A stretch of DNA of 64,000 bases from Phoronis australis (Eukaryota > Animalia > Phoronida). The stretch lies in the NCBI GenBank assembly GCA_002633005.1, contig NMRA01000410.1:151977-215976 (forward strand), written 5' to 3'. Positions 38,730 through 50,024 of the stretch are shown here, piece by piece. Positions within the stretch are counted from its first letter, which is position 1. The number at the start of each line of letters is the position of its first letter. The notes below the pieces were generated by a model, which was not told where the DNA came from, did no database searches, and worked only from the letters and a program-made list of their open reading frames with translations. Made by a program: the position numbers and the translations under genes.

Positions 38730-41389
38730 CTGAAACAAAATAATACAACAGGTGTCATGACAGAGGTTGACTACACCACAAGAGTATCTCAGATATGTTG
38801 TGTATACACTGACATTTTACACTATCTTATATTTAAAAAACACATTTTGCTCGTACCACAATGACAACTGGTACATATTCCATTGCAAGATTCCCACATT
38901 TCATGATTCAAGATTCATCACACGCCCAGCATCAAAAAGCCACATCCCATCAACTGGCTGTGCTCAACTTATCGGGGGAGGGTACCCAGGGGTCTTTGCT
39001 GAGATGACTAGATTACATATACTATAACAAAATCGCATGTGAAAACACATAAAATCAAAAACAAAGTTAAAATTTTGAAGTCTGATCAATGACAAAAAAT
39101 GTATGGGCAGTTACTTTTAAATAGTTAAAATGACACTTGAAAATGTTTTTCACTTGCTGACTTTACTCACGTATACAGGGGTTGTGACTGACAAATGCAA
39201 GACGCTAGGGAAATACTTGCAGCGAAAATCTACGCTAATGAAATGGGAACAGAGAACGGTGACCAGCCATTTTACTAGCATACCTGTGAAACACTCGCCC
39301 TTTACAAATTATGAGTGTTGGTTTGACTTTGTTACTATGTTTTCAGTAATTCGTCACAAAGCGAACCTAAAGTCTGAGTCAATTTTGCTTTGGCCAAGCT
39401 GCACATCATCTCCTAAAACATGTCACAAAAAGTTTAACAGATGGAGCGTGCACATTTCACAAGCATACTGTTTCAAAGTCAGTGACAGGCTGTTCTTTGT
39501 TACAAAATCTGGAATATAACACAAACAATAAAACATTGATTTTTCAATTAAACAATTGTCACTGGTAAGGTGATTGTCAGTTGATAATCGTTTTATATGT
39601 ACTTCTAGCATACCGTCGTTAGCTCTTCATATTGATATAACTTTCACGACACGGTGCTGAGCAGAACTATCCAGAAACTTGTCTGAAATTTCAAGATCTA
39701 CATAAAAATTGGAACGCATTGATTTCTAGCTTCATTTTCATACAGCTAGCTGGCTGGTAGACAGGTCTGTGCCAAGGGTGGATCCAGGATTTTGAGTACG
39801 GGGGCAGGGCATATTATGAGCCAGAATATTGCCCGTCAGACATTCGCACCCCCAAACAGCCAATTGAAATCTAGGAGAATTTTAGGTAGGAGTGTCATGG
39901 CCCCTTTGGCCACCTTTTAAATCCGGCAGCACATGTCTCTTCTCGGCACAGCCGACAGACAGGTGCCAGTGACCTATCCATAACCCTAAGTAAGTTTCAG
40001 TTTGATCTCAAGCACATTGACTACAATGGAGTTCAGTCTTTAATTTCAATCACAGAACTATTCGGAAAACAATGTTGATTGCTAGAGTATTTGTTCGATA
40101 TAATTATACTAGCAAACCTCCAAACACTGCGCTTTACAAAGTGTGTGAGATATACACACAAAGACAATAAGTGCTTAACTATCCATGATTGCCCGAGTTC
40201 ATATATTAAGCTGACTGGACGGTAATACAACTAATTATGTAACCTAAATATTTTGGTAATTGTTGGATACATGGGTTCCTGATTTGAGAACCAGTTACTC
40301 CCTCTGAATAACACCTGCTATTCAGTGGTAGTAACTGGTTCCCAAATCAATTTTAAACCAGGGACCTATCCCTGCGACTTTTAATTACCAATATTTTAAT
40401 AGAAGGGGCACAGCTTTTTATTCTGAAATTAATTAATTTTTAAAATTTTAAGGGATGAAGAAAAACAATGAAAAAAATGAAAATCCATTCTCCAAACTTG
40501 TGATGTTTTGATTTAGGGCGTTTTTACCGCCATCAGAAATGTATGGAAAAGTAACGTCAAAGAGTGGGCCATGGTCTGTTTCAGTGTTGATCTCCACATA
40601 TGAACCTGTTTGACTCGTCACTGCAACAAGTTTGAGATTTACCATGACGAATTTGGCTTCCTTTACATAGATTTTGAAACCCATGCAACGAGTTCAATGT
40701 TTTGGGAGATTAGGACATTTTGGTCTTTTGGCACAAGTTCTATGCAATATTCCAAGGCTTACAATAACACACAAACTCTCCACACTATGGATGGGTTTTC
40801 AACATACGTGAATTTTGCAATTCCAGTCGAGTTAGAATTTTCTGTAGTGGAGAAGATGCTGTGCTTAATGCATTCATTTAATTCAGAAGAAACCAGTTAT
40901 CCTATTCAGCGAAGCTGACCACAGTTTAACTCTGGCTTTTTGATGCTGCGATGACTTCGTATATATCATGTTGGCCTACAAAGGATAACATATGGTGTGC
41001 CTTGTAACTGGCCCTAAAAATTAAATTCCATAATCGTGTGTGGAATGGGAAGGATTTAAAGACTCCAAATGCCTCCAAAGTTATTCAAAGGAATCCATTT
41101 ACGTAGGCCTTCACTCGAAACTCCGAAAGGTACAAATTATTACCAATAACAAATATAACCGGACTCATAAGTTAGGGAGTCCATTATGATGATCTACACT
41201 AAAAATGTGCACATAATAATTAAACTATTAAACTTGACTTTGATAGTTTAGCCAGCGTTAAATGCAATTTTCTGAAAATCTTCTTGCGTACAGATTAGGG
41301 TGTGCCACCACCCATGCAGCCGTTGTAGAGAGTAGTGGCCGGCTACTGTGCCTCATATTCATAAGATCATCATGATGGCGACATCCCGT

Positions 41390-41630
41390 TGCTCCCAACT
41401 TGTTCGATTGTATAGCCCAACAACAAGTTGGGAAGTAGCCAATTAACTCCATTCTGGCGTTGATGGTTGGAGGGCCTGCGGTCTTCTGTTGGATAATTTC
41501 TCTAATCTCCGATCAGATCGTATCTAGCCTGACTGGTGTGGGCTGATAAAAATTTAAGTTATAAGCCAAATATTATCGCACGTTCAGCACCCCTCACGTC
41601 TGGAAAAGTTACTGAACGACAGGACGCTGT
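41390..41630. repeat. Dispersed repeat family A, copy 2 (centrin-like gene intron 1)
   Basis: Aligns with 6651-6845 and ~7127-7165. Confidence 0.8.
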
Positions 41631-41710
41631 AATGGACTGTGCCCCTTGCATGACAGTCACTGACTGACTGAGTCTGAGTCAGGCTACGGGAAGGTTGCCA
41701 AGGAACTTAC

Positions 41711-41854
41711 GCTATAACCAGGCGGCAAGGGCGGCGGGACGTATGCTGGGGCAATAGGGTCTGTCTTAGGCTTCTCGACTGGAGCCTCCTTATTGCCTTT
41801 AGTAGGCGATTTCTTGCCTTTCTTTTTGCCCTTTTTCTTTCCTTTCACAGGCAT
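41711..41854 (-). CDS. Centrin-like protein, exon 1
   Basis: Encodes MPVKGKKKGKKKGKKSPTKGNKEAPVEKPKTDPIAPAYVPPPLPPGYS with donor AGC|gtaagt, phase 0, matching exon 2. Exons of 144+146+108+277 nt give 224 aa plus stop. Absent from the ORF track. Confidence 0.8.
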
Positions 41855-41869
41855 CGTGAATGTTGAAGC

Positions 41870-41925
41870 GTCAATCCGCCATTACTGTTACCATGAAGTA
41901 GTGCCGTCTTACGGCAGCAAACATA
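41870..41925 (-). promoter_or_regulatory. Proximal promoter/5' leader of the centrin-like gene
   Basis: YY1-like aATGGCGG (ccgccatt on + strand) and an RFX X-box half-site-like gttaccatg within ~45 bp of the ATG. Confidence 0.35.
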
Positions 41926-42337
41926 ACTAATGCTTTACCCCACAGTTCCAACTGGGAGTTTCCGAACTCCGAAGATAGACCCACCCAAAAGCACGCCCAT
42001 ATGCGTATTTTCGTTAAGTGTTTGGGTGTTTTGAAAACCGGGTGGATTGGTCTAAAATATATACCCTATTACCCAGAGTATTAGACCATGGCCCCGAAGT
42101 CAAATAATGCGGCCGGCCTTTTATTATACAAGGCCATACGGGGCCTACCGTTACTTTAGGATCATAGGCCTAATGCCAGTTATCCCTATTTGTTATGACC
42201 ATGTCTCAGATTAGAAAATGAGCTTGGCTAAAAGGATTCTATGAAAATGTTGAACACATAATACATTCGAAAAACAAGGCAACTGTACGCGAGTCATTAA
42301 AATGACGATGAGTGACACTGATAGTGGTACAGTCGTG

Positions 42338-42432
42338 CCTCTCCCTCTCCTCCCTCCGCCTCCCCTTCCCTCTCACTCCCCCTCTCTCTCCCTCTCCTCC
42401 CCCCTTCCATCTCCCCTCCCTCTCTCTCTCTC
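42338..42432. repeat. Polypyrimidine (C/T-rich) low-complexity tract
   Basis: Almost entirely C and T, ending in (TC)n. Confidence 0.85.
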
Positions 42433-43899
42433 AAAGGACTATCATTTAACGAGATCATGATATTGGGGTGACTTAGGTATTTAAAAAAACAGTCTCGAGT
42501 GAATAATTAATGTTAATTGTTTGCTCAAAACTCATTGCAAGATGTTTGGCGCCCCTAATTTCCACACACGTCCCACGAATGCTCCATACACGGTGGCCAA
42601 ACTACAGTCCCGGGGAACAATCACCGCCAGTTCTGGGGACCAGTTAATAGTTAAGGCCGGTACGGGTATGTGTAAAAGGCACAGCCAGTGCCAGCTTGCC
42701 CTACTGCGAGATTTAGATTGGCATAAAGCACTACCATTACGACTTAGCCATAATGTCGGCAGTGACTTCCACAGCTTAGTTCCAATATGCCCTAGTCTTT
42801 GAAATTCCTCGCAGTCAGAATTTTTGTTTGAAAATTTTGGTAATGCCTTTCTCTTTGCTAGTGGCATTCGTTCGTTTGGTTGACAAACCATATCAACTTT
42901 GACATTAGGCCTATATCCATCCCATTTTGCATGTGTCTTTTTGAGCCAATGGCCGTGTGTACAAATTTACTTGTAAGACAGAAAGCGATTGAAACTTAAA
43001 ACGTACCCGACGCTCTTTCAAGTTTCATGGGACCCATTTATTGGAACATCTTTTTCTCGCCTGACTAAGGTCAATAGAAATTTTTAAAGTTTAAAAGTTT
43101 TGTAAAGTTTAAAAACTTTGCAAAATGTTTCTTTAACAAGTATAAAAATTAAGTACACCGCCATCATTTGGACTATAGCCTATGATTTAACTTCACTCTG
43201 GCCCGGGCTGATTGTGCTACGAGTGAATGAAATAAGAAATCCTTTTCACTCAGTGGACTGGAGCTTTACCATCTACCCTCTCGTGTGAATGGTGGTCTAA
43301 TATACTCTGTCATAGAGAATCTAGTAGCGATATGATGAAAACGTCACTCAGCGGCCAGCAGTATGATTCATAAGTATTTCCCAGTTTGAAAAGTGCCCAC
43401 TTAGTCAGTGACTGAATTTATTGCCGACAGATTCTGACCAGTCTACTTCCCGGTTGCTATCATTTCTCTGACCCCAGATCCTTGGCCCTTAACATCCTAG
43501 CTGGCACCATTCCCACCTTAGTGCATCCCTGATCACCACCCGTTCAACCCCCCCTCCCCTTGTACCAGTAGCGTGCAGAAGGGGGGGGTGAAGCGACGGT
43601 GCTACGGTCCCGGGCATCCCGCACATTGGGGGGCATCCAATCAATGAATAAACTNTCACAAAGTTTATTCATTGATTGGATGCCCCCCAATGTGCGACGG
43701 TGCTACGGTCCCGGGCATCCCGCACATTGGGGGGCATCCAATCAATGAATAAACTTTGTGAAATTGTGACTGATTTGTAATTAAATTGAATGACGTTTCT
43801 ATTTTATGTTTCATACTTTTCTTGGATCTAGAACCGAGAGAGATCCACATGCCGTGAATAACTCGCCCTTCAAGGAAAACACTCACAGATATGCGAGAA

Positions 43900-44292
43900 T
43901 TTTCACCGCTGGTCCTTCTAAGTGGCATTTACCACGATCGAAGAGCTGGACCCAGTTGTGATGACCGCATTGTCCGGCCGCCGGTACGAGCAATATCCAA
44001 TTAAGTGTAATTACCCGGCCATAAACTGTAGTCGACATCATAACAGTGTTTCAGTCATTTCGTAAGATTTGAGTGTACCAAATTAAAACTACTCTGGGCG
44101 TTGCAGGGTGTAACTGACCAATTTAGGTGTAATAAGGACCACCAGTGTTGAGAAAGTAGTACTAGCAATTACCTTTCCGCTTCATCAGCTTAGATCTACT
44201 TGATTACAAACACAAAGAGCCTGCTAAATAGGTATTACAACAGATGTCCGCGGCAAAGGGAATCTTAGCGGCAACCAGTAATGTAAGCGAGA
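43900..44292. repeat. Dispersed repeat family B, copy 2
   Basis: Two blocks match 10597-10667 and ~11712-11875. Confidence 0.7.
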
Positions 44293-47200
44293 AATTTGCA
44301 ACATATCATTAAAAAAATAGCCCCTGGCGATCACCAATCCTCTGCAAGCTATTGTCCCGCACCCAGTTTCCTCACCTCAATAACTTCTTCACTATTCCCA
44401 GCAACCTAAGAAAGTGCAGAAAATTAAGTACACTACCACAGTTGTTTGGCGGATATGACTTAACGCTTTCACTATGTGACTGCCCATTTGGCGTAAGCGA
44501 GTTCGGCCAACTACCGTCGCACCAGCGCCGAACGGTTTCATACGTTCCGCCACCTGAGTCACGGAAAAGAAAACCCCGTCACGACAGTCATCAACTTACG
44601 AAGTATAAATATCTATTGGACGGAGACAAATTCGCTCGGTTTAACACGTACCATGTATCGTCCACCCTTCCTTCACTGCCGAACTTTAGGTTTCACCGTA
44701 CCGGACCAGGTTGCGCCTGCCGTGGCTTTGGCCGTCATCTAGCTTCACGGCAGACAGGTCACAGCAAGGGACTTACTGTACAGCAATGAGAGGTTTCAAA
44801 TTTTCCCAGATTAGGAAATGCCCCTTTAATAACGACACCTTACACTGTTTTGCTGAACGTATATGAGGGGGCACAGAACAGTTCTCACAGGGGTTTGCCT
44901 GTCAGAACACACGTCAATGCACTCTTCACCCTTTCTTCACTTTGTCCAAAACTACATGCAAATAAGGAAATGTTTTGAGTCATTTCACATCACAAGCCCT
45001 ACAGATGAGCACAGAAACTTTATTCTCTCTTGTATTTTTGACCCATTCACTCCCAGTGGAAACCAAGCCGAACTAAGAAAAATGAGGGCAAAAAAATGCA
45101 AAATCGGCACTTTTCACCCCAAAATCACCACTTTCCTGCCGATGCTCGACTAAAGCCAACATTAGATTCCGAAAGCAAATTTCCTACCGATTCCAAAAAT
45201 GTGGTCCAAAAGTACTGTCAACCAACTAGTTTTTTTGCAAATCTGGCTTGTTTGAGGGCTACCTGAAACCGCGGCCAATTTCTCAGTTGCTACACAGCAA
45301 TGCACAACTGCAACAGGGGGCCACCATCTTGAAGAAGAGTGCAGCTACAGCCGAGAAACTGGCCTTTTTTCATTCCCAGCATGTTCACAAATACAACAAA
45401 AAAAACATTCAATTGGCCTACACACAATACCTAATTGAAAAATGCCCCCAAGCCTGGCCTAGCCCTAGATTTTAACATTTTGGAGTGCAAATTGACCGCG
45501 GCCACAACCTAACTATTCAGTGCCACCTTAACATAGGTTAGCGGAAGAGGATATAGTTAGCACAATCAAATACCCACAAAAGTATCTCTTTTCACTGAGA
45601 TGTCTGATATTCATTAGAACAGACTTTCTTCCAGCAATGCTGACATTTTCGGAGCTCGTTTAGAATAGCAAAACACTCGCGAGCGAAATGTAGTGTGATC
45701 ACGTGCTTCGATCGCTTGTGATGCATGACAATATCGCGCGAACATTATCGTGATCTCACCAAACTAGCAAGAAACTATGCTTATGGAACGTGGAACACAG
45801 TCCTGCTCTTCAAATAAAGTTGGTGGCATACCAGTAAAGTTATCACCGTCGTTTCTCATGATACACGCGGAGAGTTTTCTTCCGCATCATAAGGGTGTCA
45901 CCTCACACTCAAGGGTTCCTTTTATGATTCAGAAAGAATATGATTTTGTAACAAAACTCTGAAGCATTGTTTCGTGTTTCCTGTTTTAGGAGGTGCCACA
46001 GCAGCCTACGTACTGAACTTTTTGTGAGTCCGGAACGTTTTACATCTCAGAGGGTGAAAAAATTCCACAAACCGCTGTACTACCCAGTGCCATGATTTCA
46101 ACCCACGATAACCAGTAGGTTGAGAGAAAACACCACACAGTTTCTGTCATCATAACTTCAAACACTCTGTCACTCACGTACGTAACTTGGGCGCCATTTA
46201 CCGAATCCTCCAGCCTATGCATTTGATTATATCCGTAATATCACTGATGCTGAGAGACCTTTTGTGTTGTTCAGGGGCTTTCGTAAAACAAGATTTGAAG
46301 TTTAGTTTTATTTACAACTTGACCGTGTTAGTACTGTGGAACTTCGACAACTATTTTTTCTTTAATTATATTCTATGGTACTTATCCGTTCTCTTAAAAT
46401 TGAGAAATCTCTAAAAAAACATAACTTTGCAAGAGTTATGATTCACATTTAAATTGCATTTTGGCCAGTTAGAAGTATTTCTAAGTTTCCCTCTAGTATG
46501 GTTTAAAATTCACACAAAGTGATATTCATATTTTAAAAGATTTACGCCTTGTCTGTTTCTGCAAATATCCTGAAGATTGACATTGTTGTTGTTATTGGGT
46601 TTCTGTGAAGAATTTCATGGTACAAATCCCCGTTTCGGCTAGTTTGAACGGTAAAATTACAATACACTAAATATACAGCTTTGTTCAGATGAAATCCGCT
46701 CTCGAGTGCTTCCACGGCAAGAGCAAGAAAGGTGTTAGCTGTTTTTATTTTATTTTTACTTTTTTAGTATGTCTATTTTTCGTTTGGGTGCGATGATGTC
46801 TAAGCCAGTCAGTCTAACAATTGTTGTTAGCTGGTTAGATAAGGTTGTGTGCCTCTGGAACCCCGGAGCTACCACACCCTGGCTATTTGAAAACGGTAAG
46901 TCTGCGCCAAGTTTTAGAAAGCGTTTCACTGTAACATTAGTGGGGGGTAATTCTGCACATTTAGGCGTAGAATTTATCTCAGTTTACCAGTAGTGTCTGA
47001 ATAATTTTAGCACAAGATTATTTAATTTCGAAAAGCTTTGTACTTTTAATTTCGTTAAACTTTAAAAGTACCTAACAAACCTCCTAAAATTTAGTCATGA
47101 AAACACGCTCGGATCACATTTAGTAGTTCAAACTGTAGTTGAATTGGTTGTTGACCCATAGATCATTGTAATAGGCTATACTATGGTTTGGACTCTTCAA

Positions 47201-47638
47201 TAATTGCATAGTAACTCGTTAAATAGTGCCGATGATATAATGCCAACAATGGAACGTTTCTAGACTCAAACTTAAGTCCTGGGCTTATATGTGTTCACTG
47301 AGTAGATGTAAGTCCATCGTTTCCTGACGTCGCAAACACAAAATTAATGTTATTTGTCCTTTTGATTAGTAATGGAATATTCGTTGAACAAATTTGATAT
47401 GATGCTGACGCGGGTCTTCTTACTGGCAATCATATTTTGTAGATCAAGTTGCTTACCTGATTTGTGTATTGGGTGTGTATATTTTAGATGACATTTTGCG
47501 GTATTATTATTTCAGAGAGACTGTGGATGCCCTTTTGTATAGTTGTGCTGTGTAGTAATTTTATAGATATTTCATTTTCATTTCTTAGATGGATAATCCT
47601 ACACGCGAGTCTCAGGTTGATGACATAGTCAAAAGCTC

Positions 47639-47696
47639 TTTGGAAATTTCGTCAAAATCCCTCGGCAAGTCTCGGGATTTTGACGAAATTTCCAAA
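47639..47696. repeat. Hairpin with perfect 23-bp arms
   Basis: tttggaaatttcgtcaaaatccc, a 12-nt loop, then gggattttgacgaaatttccaaa. Confidence 0.8.
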
Positions 47697-49591
47697 AGGT
47701 TTTGCCCATGTCATAAGCCCGAGACAAGTGTAAGATTTTTCTCACATGAACGATCTTTTTTTGCTGAAAAACTCGACGTGTCTAAAACTCTCAACCACAT
47801 GACGCCACTTTTGTAAAAACACGCATGCGCAATGTAAAGTAAACTCAGTTACTTTTTGTTGTAAATTGCATTCATCTTTCTTAGCAATATTCAAGTTAGA
47901 ATCCAATAAATACATAGCCGTGTCACCTTCACGGAATTCCGGCATTGGTTACCGCGCGTTTCGTTGTTTTAGTGTTTTGCAGCCGATAAAATGTAAGGCG
48001 CATGGATTTCTATTTTGCACTATTTTGTAATTCGCCCATGTAATATAAAAAATTACGTATTCGGTGATATTAAGCAGTCGTGTCGTAACACATATTCTGT
48101 CTCAACTGTGATTTTGAAAGTGATGTTATGACTATTGCATGTAATTATAAACTTCGCTTTTGCTCAAGAAGTGTGTTATGTTTGTAAAAACGTTTTACTT
48201 TAAATAAAATATTTTAAAACTCACAACTTTGTGTCTTTCTTTTGTGATTGACAGCATTGTTTCTTTCCTAAATTTTAGTTAACGAAAACGAGTTCATGTG
48301 AAGGCAGATTTGTGTTGAGAAGAAAATTAAATTCTACAATTTTCCTATCTCCATAAAACATGTACCTTTTCTGAGTACAACTCTGAAAATTTGTGACTAA
48401 AATCACATGCTTCCTGGTGAGATTATTCACTAGAAATTATCGAAGTGCTCCACTTTTTATAAGTATGCAAGTTAATTGTTCCACCATAATGGCAACAGTT
48501 GTGAATAACCTCCTGACCTGAGAAAGCGGTACCCTGAAAGCCAGTTATCTTCTGCTGAGCTGGACAATCGGGTCATACAACGGTGCATTAGATTCCACTA
48601 ATAGAGGGGCAATAAATTGGGGCAATAAAGAGTGCGCTAAACTGGCTTAATTTCACCCGGCCAAGGTTTGCTGCGATATGATAACTGACTTACTGCTTCA
48701 AACGAGATTGTGTCTCAGGGAGACCTCGGCCACCACCAGGACACTGAGGTCGTCCAGTGAATAGAAACATGAAATGAAATGTTTACCTAATGACACCCCA
48801 GTGTTGCCGTTAATGATAGTTAGCGGCCGTACATTCATGAGAGACCCGGAAATCTCCCCGAAATACCACGCTACGGTAAACAACCCGAATTTTTCACCGC
48901 TAAAATCACTAAAAACCGGCAGTTTGCTACTAGTGTACGACATATGTGGCAATCTGAAACGACTTGTTTGCAAGTGATGCACCTAGTTTTATCACAGAGT
49001 ATGTCGATAGTTTAGTTCCAGTCACGTAAGTTCTTACATCCTCAAAAGTACAATTTACTCTTGAAAATGACTCGTTTATTTGCTTCAGGAGTCTGGCAAT
49101 GCATGTCCATTGGATTTAAGACGGATTTTTTTAAAGAATTCGTGATATGCACTAATTAAGTTTAAGTCACTCGCGTTGGGCTAGGGAAATTTTTCCTGCG
49201 CCAGTCAAAGCGCGTTTTCTTGCTGAAACGCCATCTACTAGCTGGAATAACTGGAGATCTGTGTCACTTGGACAGAATTTCAGGGATTTTCTCAAATTAC
49301 GTCGACTAGCTTGTCTTCAGAATCTTGATATTCGTTGATTATAATTGGCGTAGCTAAATGAAAACTTCATATTTCAAAACCATAGTAAAAACGTACGCAA
49401 CGTTTCATTCTTACAAAAGAGCATCATCTGGTAATAGAGAACAAAGTGTCAAACAGGGCCGAAAGAAGAAGGGCGGGGGACACGTGCCTCCCAAACAATT
49501 TATAGGGTCGGGGTTAAACAGTGGCACTCCCCGGCGTCATAGGCGTGGGACCTGGTACAGTCAACAAAAGAGAAGAAAGAAAATTCACGAG

Positions 49592-49592
<1 letters not shown>

Positions 49593-49642
<50 letters not shown>
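49593..49642. repeat. (AC)25 microsatellite
   Basis: Directly visible. Confidence 0.97.
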
Positions 49643-49644
<2 letters not shown>

Positions 49645-49648
<4 letters not shown>

Positions 49649-49672
49649 AAAATAGTCTGGATTTAGCTCAGT
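49645..49672 (+). promoter_or_regulatory. Candidate TATA-like box plus initiator for the small GPI-type gene
   Basis: tattaaaa at 49645 and an Inr-like TCAGT at 49668-49672, ~25 bp apart and ~210 bp upstream of the ATG at 49881. Confidence 0.35.
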
Positions 49673-49880
49673 GCGACTGCGTGGATATCGGGTTCCGGAT
49701 TCCGCGCCGCGCCTCATTTTACGAAAATAACTTTTCTTGTCGACGAAGTCCCCAATTATAGAATAACAAATCAAAATGCTTTCGCTCAATCTAAAATCCT
49801 AAGGCGTCTCCTGGACCGCCGGGAATCACATTTATGAACTGATCGCCCAGGTAAGGGCACACAGGTGAAATCGACAGCAA

Positions 49881-50024
49881 ATGACCAAGATGTGTTCGTT
49901 CAAGATCTATGTGGGTTTGATAGTGATCGCGTGTTTGGTGATTTTCCCATCTGCCTCAGATGAGACTTTTGATGAGTCCGGTTCAGGCCAGCAGTCAGCC
50001 CAGAACACCACACTTTTGCCAATG
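49881..50024 (+). CDS. Small secreted/GPI-anchored glycoprotein, exon 1 (signal peptide, DESGSG, NTT)
   Basis: gcaaATG start. Encodes MTKMCSFKIYVGLIVIACLVIFPSAS (signal-peptide-like) then DETFDESGSGQQSAQNTTLLPM. Donor ATG|gtaatt, phase 0. Confidence 0.7.

Larger units (their letters stand above)
34056..41239. repeat. 3.6-kb tandem duplication (34056-37652 and 37654-41239) joined at a single N
   Basis: Both units begin cccctgcttttaaaataatgagcc and end ttaaacttgact. They are highly similar, with scattered SNPs and small indels. N at 37653. Confidence 0.95.

Noticed and set aside
34961-40918. Paired similar ORFs suggesting a duplicated gene cluster
   Set aside because: They are chance or antisense frames repeated because of the 3.6-kb duplication, and several differ by frameshifts between the units.
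43593-43761. Direct plus inverted triplication of a ~60-bp sequence (gcacattggggggcatccaatcaatgaataaact)
   Set aside because: Exact copies centred on an N at 43655; typical of overlapping or fold-back contig ends rather than biology.
44352-44789. 145-aa ORF in a CpG-richer region
   Set aside because: TTG start, no recognisable motif and no supporting splice sites; more likely regulatory or repeat DNA.
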